Shown in pieces: positions 8,496-18,727 of a stretch of 61,526 nt of DNA. A program made the position numbers and the translations under genes. The stretch covers positions 1-61,526 of the forward strand of contig JBBQIZ010000001.1 in the NCBI GenBank assembly GCA_038325425.1. Direction: 5' to 3'. The notes below the pieces were generated by a model. It made no database searches, was not told the origin of the DNA, and saw nothing but the letters and a program-made list of their open reading frames with translations. Position 1 is the stretch's first letter. The number at the start of each line of letters is the position of its first letter. This DNA comes from Chthoniobacterales bacterium (GTDB lineage: Bacteria > Verrucomicrobiota > Verrucomicrobiia > Chthoniobacterales > Chthoniobacteraceae).

Positions 8496-10721
8496 CTATT
8501 TCGCGAGCAGTTCGCGCAACTTCGCCACCTCGGTCGTAGGAAGCTGGCAGACGAAATCCTCGCAAACATAGGCGGCGGGTTGGCCGTCGATCGGCGTGAC
8601 GGTGCGGATGAATTCGAGCTTCTCCCCGAGCCACTGCTGGCCCGCGGCGCCGTCGGCGAGGAGCAGGATTTTATCGGGCAGGAACCGCCCGTGGACTTCA
8701 CGGAGCAGCGCGCGCGTCGCAGGGTCGTCGCGCGGGCCGGCAATGACGACCTGGCGCGGCTTAGCCAGCGACGCGTCGAGCGCGACGAGCATCTGCGGGA
8801 GCGTCACGGGCGCGCGGGCGATCTGTTCGGCGAACGCGGCGACGGTCTTTTTGCCCTGCTCGTAAAACTCCGGCGATCCCTTGATCTGAGCGAGGCGGAA
8901 CAGGTTCAGCGCGGCGATGGAATTGGGCGACGGCTCGGCGCCGTCGTAGTCCTCCTTCATGCGCAGCAGGATGTTCGGCGCGTCTTTCACTACGCTGAAA
9001 AATCCGCCGTGCTCAGCGTCGCCGAAGAGCTGGTTCATGCGCACCTGAAGTTCGTCGGCCCACTGCAAATGAGCGGTATCGAAGTCGGCTTCGTAAAGGT
9101 CGAGCAGGCCCTGAATCAGGTAGGCGTAATCTTCCGCGAACCCCTCAATTTCGCTCGCTCCCTGGCGGTAGTTGCGCAGCAGCTTGCCGTCCTTGGTGGT
9201 CAGCTTCGCGCGGATGAATTTCGCCGCCTTCTGTGCGGATTCGAGGTAGCCGGGATCGTCGAGCACCTGCGCGCCGCGCGCGAAAGCGGAGATCATCAGG
9301 CCGTTCCACGCGGTGATGATCTTGTCGTCGAGATGCGGGCGTGGACGTTTGGCGCGCAGCTCGAAAAGGATCTTGCGCGAGGCGGCGAGTGAGGCGGCGA
9401 TTTCGTCTTCGGTCTTTTGAAAATGGGTGGCCGCTTCCGCGGTGGTGAAGCGCTGGATGAGGATGTTTTTGCCCGTGAATTCGCCCTGCGGATCCGCGCC
9501 AGCCGGTGCGTTGCCCTTCTCTTCGACGCCGTAGAACCGATTGAAAATCGCCGCCGCCTCTTCGCCCAGCACGCGGTCGATCTCATCTTTCGTCCAGACG
9601 TAAAAGGCGCCCTCCGCGTGTGCGGTCTTGCCGTGTTCGAGCAGGCTGTCGGCGTCCTCGGCGGAGTAGAATCCGCCCGCGGGATCGGTCATCTCGCGGC
9701 GCACGTAGTCGAGCGTGTCCCGCGCGGTTTTCTCGAACCCGGAGGCGCGGGTGAGCTGGAAAGCGTCTAGATACGACGACGCAAGCTGTGCCTGATCGTA
9801 GAGCATTTTTTCGAAGTGCGGGACGTGCCAGAATTTGTCCACGGAGTAACGATGAAAGCCGCCGCCGAGGTGATCGTGCATGCCGCCTTCGGCCATCTCG
9901 CGCAGCGTGACGACCGCCATGCCGAGCGCGGCCTTGCCATCCCGCGAGGCGCCGCCTTCGCGCGCGGCCACGCGGAAGAGAAAATTGAGCGTGACCGGAC
10001 GCGGGAATTTGGGCGCGCCGCCGAAGCCGCCGAGTTCTTCGTCGAAGCTTTGCGTGAGCTGATTGAGACAGGCGGTGATCGCCTCGCGGCCCGCGGCGGC
10101 GGCTTTCGGCGCGCCGCCACCGGCGTATTCCTGAAGCGCGTCAATGGCGTTGTTTGCCGCTTTGGTCACGCCTTCGCGATCCTTGGTCCAGGCATCGGAA
10201 AGCTGCTGCAGCACCTTGGGAAAACCGGGCCGTCCGTAACGATCCTCGGGCGGAAAATAGGTCGCACCGAAGAAGGGTTTGAGATCGGGCGTGAGGAAAA
10301 CGCTCATCGGCCAGCCGCCGCCGCCGGTGCTCGCCTGCACGTAGGTCATGTAAACGCGATCCACATCCGGACGCTCCTCGCGATCCACTTTCACGTTCAC
10401 AAACAGCGCGTTCATCAGCTTGGCGATTTCCGGATTTTCAAAACTTTCGTGCGCCATGACGTGGCACCAGTGACACGTCGAATAGCCAATCGAGAGGAAG
10501 ATCGGTTTGCCTTCGCGGCGCGCTTTTTCAAAGGCCTCCTCGCCCCACGGATACCAATCGACCGGGTTGTGCTGATGCTGGAGCAGATACGGTGATTTTT
10601 CCTTCGCGAGGCGGTTGGTGAAAGTGGGCGTGGTCACAGGCTTGGGAGGTTCGGCGGCTTGACAGGGAATCGCGGCTGCGATGAGTAAGGCCGCATTCGT
10701 CCACCGCAGGATTTTTTTCAT
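8496..10721 (-). CDS. YyaL/SSP411 (DUF255) thioredoxin-domain protein
   Basis: [71 protein letters not shown]. Possible signal peptide from ATG 10721. Confidence 0.92.
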   Translation of the reverse strand: MKKILRWTNAALLIAAAIPCQAAEPPKPVTTPTFTNRLAKEKSPYLLQHQHNPVDWYPWGEEAFEKARREGKPIFLSIGYSTCHWCHVMAHESFENPEIAKLMNALFVNVKVDREERPDVDRVYMTYVQASTGGGGWPMSVFLTPDLKPFFGATYFPPEDRYGRPGFPKVLQQLSDAWTKDREGVTKAANNAIDALQEYAGGGAPKAAAAGREAITACLNQLTQSFDEELGGFGGAPKFPRPVTLNFLFRVAAREGGASRDGKAALGMAVVTLREMAEGGMHDHLGGGFHRYSVDKFWHVPHFEKMLYDQAQLASSYLDAFQLTRASGFEKTARDTLDYVRREMTDPAGGFYSAEDADSLLEHGKTAHAEGAFYVWTKDEIDRVLGEEAAAIFNRFYGVEEKGNAPAGADPQGEFTGKNILIQRFTTAEAATHFQKTEDEIAASLAASRKILFELRAKRPRPHLDDKIITAWNGLMISAFARGAQVLDDPGYLESAQKAAKFIRAKLTTKDGKLLRNYRQGASEIEGFAEDYAYLIQGLLDLYEADFDTAHLQWADELQVRMNQLFGDAEHGGFFSVVKDAPNILLRMKEDYDGAEPSPNSIAALNLFRLAQIKGSPEFYEQGKKTVAAFAEQIARAPVTLPQMLVALDASLAKPRQVVIAGPRDDPATRALLREVHGRFLPDKILLLADGAAGQQWLGEKLEFIRTVTPIDGQPAAYVCEDFVCQLPTTEVAKLRELLAK

Positions 10722-11493
10722 GAGCAGCATTCTTCCGACCATCGCCAACCGACCACAGGAAAGCAAGCGACCCCATTTCCGACGAAGCGTGCTGCTGCTC
10801 GCGCTCGCGCTGCCTTGGCTGACCGGTTGCGAGTCGGGCGTGCGCGTGAAGAACACGAGCCGCACGTTTCGCACGGTGGTCATCGATGCCGGCCACGGCG
10901 GACACGACACCGGCGCCCGTTCGCGCTGGGCGGGGCTGGAAAAAAGTGCGGCGCTCGACACCGCGCTGCGGCTCGATCCGAAGTTGCGGGCCGCGGGATT
11001 CAATACGGTGCTGACGCGCCGTGGCGATTATTTCATCGCGCTCGGCAAGCGGACCCGCATTTCGAACAGCCAGGAAAACGCGATCTTCGTCAGCCTGCAT
11101 TACAACCACGCCAGCAACCGGAATGCGGCCGGTGTCGAGACCTTTTACAAATCGAAGCCCTCGCGCAAAATCGCTGAACGAATTCAGAGCAATATCACGT
11201 CGCTGCCCGGCGTGGGTTCGCGTGGAGTGAAGACGGCGAACTTTTGGGTACTGCGCAAAAACGAATATCCGGCGGTGCTCGTCGAGGGCGGTTTTTTCAG
11301 CAATCCACGGGAAGGTTCGCGCTGCGCCAGCCCGGCCTATCGCGAAGCGGTGGCCAGCGCTATCGCCGCGGCGATCATCACGCATCGTGGGCCATTGGAC
11401 CCTCCACCGCCGGTTCCCGATCCGACTATCATCGCGACTTCCGCCACCGCAGCGGCGGCGCCCATTCCGCCCGCGGCTCCCGCTACTCGCTAA
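10720..11493 (+). CDS. N-acetylmuramoyl-L-alanine amidase (Amidase_3), lipoprotein
   Basis: [35 protein letters not shown]; lipobox LTGC. Start ATG 10720 or GTG 10789. Confidence 0.9.
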   Translation: MSSILPTIANRPQESKRPHFRRSVLLLALALPWLTGCESGVRVKNTSRTFRTVVIDAGHGGHDTGARSRWAGLEKSAALDTALRLDPKLRAAGFNTVLTRRGDYFIALGKRTRISNSQENAIFVSLHYNHASNRNAAGVETFYKSKPSRKIAERIQSNITSLPGVGSRGVKTANFWVLRKNEYPAVLVEGGFFSNPREGSRCASPAYREAVASAIAAAIITHRGPLDPPPPVPDPTIIATSATAAAAPIPPAAPATR

Positions 11494-12217
11494 GCCGCTT
11501 CAGGATGGCCGCCTCGAGGCGCGTGGCGCGTTCGGCAACCGTCTTGTCGATCTTCCGGATTTTTTCGAAAAGCGCTTTGTTGTAGGCGCGGAGCGCCTTG
11601 CTGGATTCTTCCTCGGTCGCCGCATTGTCCGCCTTCGCCTTCAGGGCTTTGACCTGCGGGTCTTCCATGGCTTTCACTTTCGCCTGATCGAAGCGGAACT
11701 TCTCCTGCACATCGGGGTCGGTATCCGCAGGCGGCTCGGCCACCGGCTTCGGTTTCGGCGTCGCCTTGGCGGTGGTTTTCGCCGAAGTCGGAGCCGCCAC
11801 GACCGGCATGTCCGGTTTGGCAGGGGCAGTCGAGGCGCCTGTTTTGATTTTTTCCGGTTGGGGAGTGGCGGCCGCGGGGCGCGCGGTTTTGCGCGGCGTG
11901 GGGGTCGGCGTGGAAGCGGGCGGCGGCGTGGGCGTCGCTTCTTCCTTGGGTTTGCGCGGTCCGAAGAGCCTCTTGAAGAAGCCCGGCTTTTTGGGTTTCG
12001 GCGTGGAGATGATTTCGGGGATGGGCGCCTCGGCGGTGTCGGCCGCCGGCGGTTTGGGCTTCGGACGGGGCACCGCGGTGTTCTGCGCCAACTGGATTTC
12101 TTCCGCTTTCTTCACGGGCTCGGGCGCCTTTTCGATGGATGGCGCCTCCTGCGCAAAGGCCAGGGCGGCACAAAGACTCAGTGCGGCGGCGGTCAGGAGC
12201 GGAGAAATTTTCGGCAT
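11483..12217 (-). CDS. Hypothetical secreted Pro/Lys/Ala-rich protein with helical C-terminal domain
   Basis: ATG 12217, signal peptide MPKISPLLTAAALSLCAALAFA, low-complexity linker, helical C-terminus. Confidence 0.75.
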   Translation of the reverse strand: MPKISPLLTAAALSLCAALAFAQEAPSIEKAPEPVKKAEEIQLAQNTAVPRPKPKPPAADTAEAPIPEIISTPKPKKPGFFKRLFGPRKPKEEATPTPPPASTPTPTPRKTARPAAATPQPEKIKTGASTAPAKPDMPVVAAPTSAKTTAKATPKPKPVAEPPADTDPDVQEKFRFDQAKVKAMEDPQVKALKAKADNAATEEESSKALRAYNKALFEKIRKIDKTVAERATRLEAAILKRLSE

Positions 12218-12355
12218 GATTCGGTGGATGATGTAAGCGCGGGACAATGGGTTGTCGGCGAATATCTGTCTAGCCCAAGCATTACCGAGCCTGAAGCCGC
12301 TCTGGACAGCGGGCGCGTTCCGCCGATAAATCGCATTCACCGTCCTCCACGTCCT

Positions 12356-12895
12356 GTGCAATCTCCGCGTTTTCGCTTCCTCCTCTTCGCCGTCTTTCTG
12401 CTCGTGTTCCCATTTTTCCTCCGGCGACGCCCCCGCGTCGAACGGCGGATCACGATTTTGGCGCCGCCCGCCGCGGTCTTTCCGTTTCTAAACGATCTCC
12501 GCAACTGGCCCCTCTGGACGGCGTGGAGTCAGCGCGATCAGCTCGATTTTTCCTGCAGCGACCCCACCGCCGGCGCCGGTGCCGAGCAGCGCTGGCAAGG
12601 CTGCCGGATGAGTGGCGTGATGCGGATTGTGAAAAGCGAAACCGACCACCGCATCGACTATGAGGTCGATCTCAACGACGGCGCCTATCGACTCGTCGGA
12701 CGGATCGAACTCCAGCGCGATGGCGCCTGCACGCGGCTCGTCTGGAAATGCACCTGGGCCCGCGCGGAGAATCCTTATCGACGCTACTTCGACCTGCTGA
12801 TGCGCGGGATGATCCGGCGCGATTTCGCGCGGGGGTTGGAGAATCTGAAGGCGCTGGTGGAACGACCGAATCCTGTCCAGAAGCTCCCGGCGTGA
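12356..12895 (+). CDS. SRPBCC (polyketide cyclase/START-like) family protein
   Basis: 3' part of ORF 11387..12895 from GTG 12356: N-terminal TM, VERRITILAPPAAVFPFLNDLRNWPLWTAW, DFARGLENLKALVE. Stop overlaps the alr start (GTGA). Confidence 0.82.
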   Translation: MQSPRFRFLLFAVFLLVFPFFLRRRPRVERRITILAPPAAVFPFLNDLRNWPLWTAWSQRDQLDFSCSDPTAGAGAEQRWQGCRMSGVMRIVKSETDHRIDYEVDLNDGAYRLVGRIELQRDGACTRLVWKCTWARAENPYRRYFDLLMRGMIRRDFARGLENLKALVERPNPVQKLPA

Positions 12896-14004
12896 AGACG
12901 ACCGACCACGCGCGGCGCTGCTGGGCGGAGATCGATCGGGAGGCCTTGCGGCACAATGCAGCGGCGGTGCGGGCGCAGATCGGGCCGGGGGTGAAAATGA
13001 TGGCTGTGGTGAAAGCGAATGCCTACGGTCACGGCGCGGGCGAGGTGGCGCGGGCGGTCGCGGATCGCGCGGAAATGTTCGGGGTGGCGAACGTCACGGA
13101 AGCCGAAGAGGTGCGGCGGCATGTGGCCGAAACGCCGGTCTTCATCCTCGGTCCGGCGCTGCCGGAAGAGCGGGCGCGCATCGCGTCGGCGCGTTTCATT
13201 CCGAGCGTTTCGAATTTTGCAGAAGCCGAAGCCTTCGCCGCGCTGGCGGGTGCCGCTCCGTTAGCGGTGCATCTGAAACTCGATACCGGGATGGGCCGGA
13301 TCGGCATCGAGGAAAGCGATGTGCTCACCGTCGTTCGAAAAATCCAGGCGCTTCGCGGATTGACGATCACCGGTCTGGCTTCGCATTTGCCGGTGGCCGA
13401 TGAAGACGACGCCTTCACCCGCGAGCAACTCACGCACTTTTACCGCGCCGTCGCGGACTTGCGGACGCTCGGGCTCGATCAACCGCTGGTGCATGTCGAA
13501 AACAGCGCCGGTCTCATCGGTTACCCCGCGCAGGCGGGCGATATGGTGCGCGCCGGCCTGCTCCTCTACGGCAGCGCGCCATTGCCGGAATTTCAGCCGA
13601 AGCTCCGGGCCGTGATGACTTGGAAGACGCGGATCACGCTCGTCCGTGAAGTGCCCGCCGGCCACGGAATCAGCTACGGGCGGACATTCATCACGCCGAC
13701 GGCGATGCGCGTGGCCACGCTCGCCGTGGGTTATGCCGACGGTTATCAGCGCCACCTTTCCAATCGCGGCGCCGCGGTGCTGATCCGCGGACACCGATGC
13801 CCCGTACTCGGCCGCGTCACGATGGATCAAATCATGGTCGACGTCAGCGCGCTGCCGGAAGTCATGGCCGGTGAGGACGTGGTGTTGCTCGGGCGGCAAG
13901 ATGGGGAGGAAATTTTCGCCGCGGAGCTGGCGGAGAAGGCCGGAACGATTCCGTGGGAGATTTTCACCGGCATCGGGCAGCGCGTCGAGCGCGTCTATTT
14001 GTGA
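12892..14004 (+). CDS. alr: Alanine racemase
   Basis: AVVKANAYGHG (PLP lysine), HLKLDTGMGRIG, ISYG, GYADG, GRVTMDQ. Confidence 0.96.
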   Translation: MKTTDHARRCWAEIDREALRHNAAAVRAQIGPGVKMMAVVKANAYGHGAGEVARAVADRAEMFGVANVTEAEEVRRHVAETPVFILGPALPEERARIASARFIPSVSNFAEAEAFAALAGAAPLAVHLKLDTGMGRIGIEESDVLTVVRKIQALRGLTITGLASHLPVADEDDAFTREQLTHFYRAVADLRTLGLDQPLVHVENSAGLIGYPAQAGDMVRAGLLLYGSAPLPEFQPKLRAVMTWKTRITLVREVPAGHGISYGRTFITPTAMRVATLAVGYADGYQRHLSNRGAAVLIRGHRCPVLGRVTMDQIMVDVSALPEVMAGEDVVLLGRQDGEEIFAAELAEKAGTIPWEIFTGIGQRVERVYL

Positions 14005-14101
14005 TTTAGGAATTTATGATTTCCGATTTGGTGAGAAGGTGGCGCGGCCGTCGCCTTCGGTTATCCTTCATCGCCAATCCGCATCCGTAAATTTTCTCCC
14101 C

Positions 14102-14464
14102 GTGCTCCAAATCGTCTTCAATGAAATCAGCGCTGCCGAGATGGCCGCTTTGCCGAAGGAAATGCAGCTCGATCTGCTCACCGAATTTCAGTTTCTCCCG
14201 GAGGATCTCGATCAGCTCGACATGACGAAATTCGGCGCCGTGGAGCGCGACGGCAAACGGCTCTTTCGCTACCGCGCAAAGGACTACCGCATCTATTTCG
14301 AGCGCCGCGACGAAGGAATCACCGTGCATCGCGTGCTCCACAAAAACACCATCCGCGATTTCCTCTTCCGCACCAAGCTGCCGATGAACGAGGACGATCA
14401 GCTCGGCCAGCAGAAAGGCTTCTGGCAGCTCATCGAGGAAGCGGAACAAACCCGCAAACGGTGA
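14102..14464 (+). CDS. RelE/ParE-fold protein with no adjacent antitoxin
   Basis: GTG 14102: VLQIVFNEISAAEMAALP...LFRYRAKDYRIYFE...TVHRVLHKNTI follows the RelE pattern (YRxRxGDYRIxY...VxxxxHR), plus a ~35-aa C-terminal extension. Confidence 0.72.
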   Translation: MLQIVFNEISAAEMAALPKEMQLDLLTEFQFLPEDLDQLDMTKFGAVERDGKRLFRYRAKDYRIYFERRDEGITVHRVLHKNTIRDFLFRTKLPMNEDDQLGQQKGFWQLIEEAEQTRKR

Positions 14465-14724
14465 ATCTCCGCCTGTTGCTCTGCATCGCAATGGGCGTCT
14501 TCGTGGCCCACATCGGCGTGTTTATGCTGATTTCGCAAATCCGCCCCAAACCAAAATTCGTCCCGCCTCCGCCGCCGAATTTTTCTGCGCGGGAACGGGT
14601 CGTGGTGGATGCGGAAACCGGAGAAAAGACGATCTACCGGGAGATTACGATCAGCACGAAATTGGCTAACCCGGAGATTCCGCTGCCGGCGAGCCAACCC
14701 GCTGGCGCGCCCGGAGAAGAATGA
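14461..14724 (+). CDS. Small hypothetical membrane-anchored protein
   Basis: N-terminal TM helix and poly-Pro. Overlaps both neighbours by 4 nt (GTGA, ATGA). Confidence 0.7.
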   Translation: MNLRLLLCIAMGVFVAHIGVFMLISQIRPKPKFVPPPPPNFSARERVVVDAETGEKTIYREITISTKLANPEIPLPASQPAGAPGEE

Positions 14725-15878
14725 ATCTCTTCCCGGATGAAGCGCAGCGGCGGGAACTTTTCCCGATCTGCCGCGAGAAAATTTTCTTCGCGCACGGCGC
14801 GGTCGCTCCGCTGGCGGGTTTTGTCGCCGATGCCATTTGCCATCAGACACGGCGCTCCGCGGAGCATTTCGTCGATTTCGCCGATGTGGCGCGCGACATC
14901 AAAGGCGCGCGGAAAACGTGCGCGGAATTCATCGGCGCGCAGCCGGAAGAAATCGCACTGCTCGGGCCGACGTCGCTCGGCCTCTCGCTCTTTGCCAACG
15001 GGCTGCCGTGGCGTGAGGGCGACGAAGTGCTCTGCTACCACGGCGATTATCCAGCGAACGTTTATCCGTGGATCGAGCTCCGGCGGCGCGGCGTGATTGT
15101 GCGTTATCTCGCACCCGCCGGGCCGGGCGAAATCACGCCCGAACTCGTCGCCGCGGCGCTCACGCCTCGCACTCGCCTCGTCGCGCTGGCCAGTTGTCAT
15201 TTCTTCAGCGGCTATCGCATCGATGTCGAAACCATCGGTGCTCTGCTGCACGAACGCGGCGTTCTCTTTTCCCTCGATGCCATCCAAACGCTCGGCGCTT
15301 TTCCCCTCGATGTCGAAAAGGCACACGTCGATTTCCTGAGCGCAGACGCGCACAAGTGGATGCTCGGACCGCTGGCGATCGGCATCGTTTATGTAAAGCG
15401 CGCGCACTTCGACCTGCTGCGCCCGACGCTCCTCGGCGCGTGGAACGTCGTCTCGCCGAACTTCAACGCGCTCGACGAAATCCGCTTTCTCCCGACCGCG
15501 CAGCGCTACGAACCCGGGGTACTCAACATCGCGGGAATCGCTGGAATGAAAGCCGCGTTGGATTTTTTCCTGACGCTCGGTCACGAGCGTATCGCCGCGC
15601 GACTGTTGGAATTAAAGGCGTATCTGGTCGCCCGGATCGAACCGCTCGGTTTTCAGATTCTCGGAGCGCGGGAAGGCACCCATGCCAGCAGCATCACCAC
15701 TTTTAGTCACGCGACTGCAGGCAGCACGGCGCTGTTTGCCGCCTTGGAACAAGCCGGCGTCATCGCCTCGCTGCGCCACGACCGGGAAAATCGCGACTTC
15801 CTGCGCTTCAGTCCGCACCTTTACAACACCGAAGCGGAAATCGACAGCGCGGTGACCGCGCTGCGGGCCGCGCTCTGA
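14721..15878 (+). CDS. Class V PLP-dependent aminotransferase/lyase
   Basis: FFAHGAVAP, SLDAIQTLG, SADAHKWMLGP (PLP Lys), LRFSPHLYN. Confidence 0.9.
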   Translation: MNLFPDEAQRRELFPICREKIFFAHGAVAPLAGFVADAICHQTRRSAEHFVDFADVARDIKGARKTCAEFIGAQPEEIALLGPTSLGLSLFANGLPWREGDEVLCYHGDYPANVYPWIELRRRGVIVRYLAPAGPGEITPELVAAALTPRTRLVALASCHFFSGYRIDVETIGALLHERGVLFSLDAIQTLGAFPLDVEKAHVDFLSADAHKWMLGPLAIGIVYVKRAHFDLLRPTLLGAWNVVSPNFNALDEIRFLPTAQRYEPGVLNIAGIAGMKAALDFFLTLGHERIAARLLELKAYLVARIEPLGFQILGAREGTHASSITTFSHATAGSTALFAALEQAGVIASLRHDRENRDFLRFSPHLYNTEAEIDSAVTALRAAL

Positions 15879-15887
15879 GCGACTTCC

Positions 15888-16280
15888 TCAGCCCAGCGTC
15901 TGAAGTGTGCGGAGCCCGGGCACGCGCGCGAAATCCCCGTCCAACGTCAGCACTGCAGCCTCGGCGTCGAGCGCACAAACGGCGATGACCAGATCGGTGA
16001 CTTGCACCACCTTACCCCGACGATCGAGGGTCCAAGCCAGCGCCGTGACTCGCTCCCAAATGCTATTCAACGTCGGCAGATAAAGCATGCAGCGCATGTA
16101 GTCCGCCATTCGCCGATGCGCATTTTTGTCTTTCATACCGCGCAACACTTCCATCTGCACGACCCCACAGGTGAGCAACTCCCAGTCGTCGGAGTGGGCC
16201 GCCAGCTCCTTCAGCGGATCGCGCCCCGCGCGGAGCCGGTCGATGAAAAAGCTGCTATCGACGAGCGCTCTTCCGGCCAT
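15888..16280 (-). CDS. vapC: VapC-family PIN-domain toxin
   Basis: ALVDSSFFID, QMEVLRG, TDLVIA, VLTLDGDF acidic PIN motif; 130 aa. Confidence 0.9.
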   Translation of the reverse strand: MAGRALVDSSFFIDRLRAGRDPLKELAAHSDDWELLTCGVVQMEVLRGMKDKNAHRRMADYMRCMLYLPTLNSIWERVTALAWTLDRRGKVVQVTDLVIAVCALDAEAAVLTLDGDFARVPGLRTLQTLG

Positions 16281-16512
16281 AAATAGCAGGAGCTTCGGCT
16301 GCCTTCAGGCTCTCCTCATGAAAGGGATCTTCCCAAGCGTCCTTGAGTTCCTCGGACGTGAGCCCGAGGCCCTTTTTGCCGATTTCCTTGAGCCGGTATC
16401 TCCGGACCATTTCCGTGAGGGCTGTCTCGACTGCTTTGGTTTTGCTCTCCACGCCGGTGATCTTGACCACTTCGGCGAGGATGTCCTCATCAATATGCAT
16501 GGTCATCTTCAT
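16255..16512 (-). CDS. vapB: VapB-family (ribbon-helix-helix) antitoxin
   Basis: ATG 16512: MKMTMHIDEDILAEVVKITGVESKTKAVETALTE. Lies upstream of and overlaps vapC. Confidence 0.87.
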   Translation of the reverse strand: MKMTMHIDEDILAEVVKITGVESKTKAVETALTEMVRRYRLKEIGKKGLGLTSEELKDAWEDPFHEESLKAAEAPAIYGRKSARR

Positions 16513-16522
16513 AAAGACCACG

Positions 16523-16542
16523 GTATGGCATCGTTGCCATAC
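16523..16542. promoter_or_regulatory. Palindromic operator upstream of vapB
   Basis: GTATGGCA-tcgt-TGCCATAC, a perfect 8-bp inverted repeat 10 bp upstream of the vapB start. Confidence 0.65.
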
Positions 16543-16593
16543 ATGCATGGCTATTTGTTTCCGCGACGCGTGGCCCACCCGAATCCGAGGGGC

Positions 16594-16623
16594 TTGACCT
16601 CGTTTGCAGACGGCGCATAGCAT
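16594..16623 (+). promoter_or_regulatory. Candidate sigma-70 promoter for accBC
   Basis: TTGACC-N18-TAGCAT, 32 bp upstream of the accB start. Confidence 0.35.
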
Positions 16624-16655
16624 CCGCCTCTCTCAACCGGAGCCCCATCAACACC

Positions 16656-17111
16656 TTGGACTTAAAAGAAATCAAAGAACTCATCGCCCTGATGAGGAGA
16701 AATGACCTCTCCGTATTCAAAATGGAGAAGGAAGGCTTCAAAATCACCCTAAAGAAGGGAACCGACTTCCAGCCTGTCATCACCACGGCGGCACCCGCCG
16801 CCCTCCCCGCCGCGATCTCGTCGACGGGTGCGGTCTCGGGCGCGCCCACGCCTGCCGCGCCTGCTGAAGTCAGCCCACTTCGCGAGATCACCTCCCCGAT
16901 GGTCGGGACGTTCTACGCCTCCGCCTCCCCGGAATTGCCGCCTTTCGTCAGCGTCGGCCAGGAAGTGACCGAAGACACCGTGGTCTGTATCATGGAAGCG
17001 ATGAAGGTCATGAACGAGATCAAAGCCGAGATCCGGGGCGTCATCGCCGAGGTGATCTCCGAAAATGGCAAGCCCGTGCAGTACGGGCAGGTCCTCTTCA
17101 AGGTGCGGTAA
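16656..17111 (+). CDS. accB: Acetyl-CoA carboxylase biotin carboxyl carrier protein
   Basis: [10 protein letters not shown], Ala/Pro linker, [17 protein letters not shown] biotinylation motif. TTG start. Confidence 0.96.
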   Translation: MDLKEIKELIALMRRNDLSVFKMEKEGFKITLKKGTDFQPVITTAAPAALPAAISSTGAVSGAPTPAAPAEVSPLREITSPMVGTFYASASPELPPFVSVGQEVTEDTVVCIMEAMKVMNEIKAEIRGVIAEVISENGKPVQYGQVLFKVR

Positions 17112-17118
17112 GCGCCCC

Positions 17119-18483
17119 ATGTTCAAAAAAGTCCTCATCGCCAATCGCGGCGAAATCGCGCTCCGCGTCATCCGCGCTTGCAAGGAACTCGGCGTGAAAA
17201 CGCTGGCCGTTTATTCGGAAGCGGACGTCGATTCGCTCCATGTGCAACTCGCCGATGAGGCGATCTGCATCGGGCCGCCGCCGAGCAATCAGTCCTACCT
17301 GAAGATCGACCGCATCATCAGCGCGGCGGAAATCGGCGACGTCGACGCCATTCATCCCGGTTACGGATTTCTGAGCGAGAACGCGCACTTCGCGGATGTC
17401 TGCGCGAGCTGCAATATCAAGTTCATCGGGCCACCCGCCGCGGCGATCCGCGCCATGGGCGACAAGAACAGCGCCCGCGCCACGGCCAAGCGCGCCGGCA
17501 TGCCGGTCACGCCCGGCTCCGAGGGCATTGTTGAAACTGAAAAGGACGCGCTCCGGATCGGACGGGAAATTGGTTATCCGGTGATGATCAAAGCCACCGC
17601 CGGCGGCGGCGGACGCGGCATGCGCCCGGCGCACAATGACGGCTCCCTGGTCGCCGGTTATCACGCCGCGCGCCAGGAGGCGGAAAAGGCGTTCGGCAAC
17701 TCCGGCGTTTACATCGAGAAGCTGATTGAGAACCCGCACCACATCGAATTCCAAATCATGGCCGACTCGCACGGCGATGTCGTCCATCTCGGCGAACGCG
17801 ACTGCTCGATGCAGCGGCGCAACCAGAAGATCATCGAAGAAACGCCTTCGCCGATCATGACCGATGAAATCCGCGAGCGGATGGGCAACGACTGCGTGAA
17901 ATTGGCCCGGGAAGTCGGCTACGTCGGCGCAGGCACGATCGAGTGCCTGATGGATGATCGCGGCAATTATTTCTTCATGGAGATGAACACGCGCATCCAG
18001 GTGGAGCACTGCATCACCGAGGAAGCGTATGGCTGCGATCTCGTGAAAGAGCAGATCAAGATCGCCGCCGGCGAACCGCTTTCGCACTGGATGCACAACG
18101 CCAAGCGGAGGTATCACGCCATCGAGTGCCGGATTAACGCCGAGGATCCCTTCAACAATTTCCAGCCTTGCGCGGGCAAGATCGAACTCTACTACGCGCC
18201 CGGGGGCCGCGGCATCCGCATCGATTCGCACGTTTACGCCGGATACACCGTGCCGCCGCATTACGATTCGATGATCGCCAAAGTCATCGGCATGGGCACG
18301 ACCCGCGAACACGCTATCCAGCGCATGCGCCGCGCCCTCGACGAATATCTCATCCGCGGGATCAAGACCACGATCCCCTTCCAGCAGGCGATCATGCACG
18401 ACCCGGATTTCGTGCGCGGGCATTACAACACCAGCTTCGTCACCAAACTGATCGAAGCGCGCGGCGCGGAATTCGGAAAGTAG
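17119..18483 (+). CDS. accC: Acetyl-CoA carboxylase biotin carboxylase
   Basis: [63 protein letters not shown]. Confidence 0.97.
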   Translation: MFKKVLIANRGEIALRVIRACKELGVKTLAVYSEADVDSLHVQLADEAICIGPPPSNQSYLKIDRIISAAEIGDVDAIHPGYGFLSENAHFADVCASCNIKFIGPPAAAIRAMGDKNSARATAKRAGMPVTPGSEGIVETEKDALRIGREIGYPVMIKATAGGGGRGMRPAHNDGSLVAGYHAARQEAEKAFGNSGVYIEKLIENPHHIEFQIMADSHGDVVHLGERDCSMQRRNQKIIEETPSPIMTDEIRERMGNDCVKLAREVGYVGAGTIECLMDDRGNYFFMEMNTRIQVEHCITEEAYGCDLVKEQIKIAAGEPLSHWMHNAKRRYHAIECRINAEDPFNNFQPCAGKIELYYAPGGRGIRIDSHVYAGYTVPPHYDSMIAKVIGMGTTREHAIQRMRRALDEYLIRGIKTTIPFQQAIMHDPDFVRGHYNTSFVTKLIEARGAEFGK

Positions 18484-18727
18484 GCTGCTCGACTCACCGG
18501 TTGCGGGGTGGTTCGCAACGCTGGCCGCGCTACCGCACCCGCACAACCGCTCCACTTCGTCGGGATATTTGACGAGACAGGCTCCACAGCCTTTTCGGCC
18601 GATCCGAGAATTACTTCCCGAGGCGAAGAATCGCCCCCCTCTCCCGACACATAAGTTCGGATCTCCGTGTACCCCGCCGCTTCCACCGCCGCACGCGTCG
18701 CCAGCCATACCTCGGAATCGACGTTTA

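Noticed and set aside
11700-12100. Repetitive-looking DNA here and in the FtsZ linker (about 40500-40760)
   Set aside because: Explained by Pro/Thr/Glu/Ala low-complexity protein linkers; there are no constant repeat-spacer units, so this is not a CRISPR array.
18484-18727. Possible gene interrupted by the IS630 (ORFs 18423..18740 and 19300..19497 join in frame at the empty TA site)
   Set aside because: The joined product has no recognisable motif, overlaps accC and the GT9-like start, and has atypical composition.
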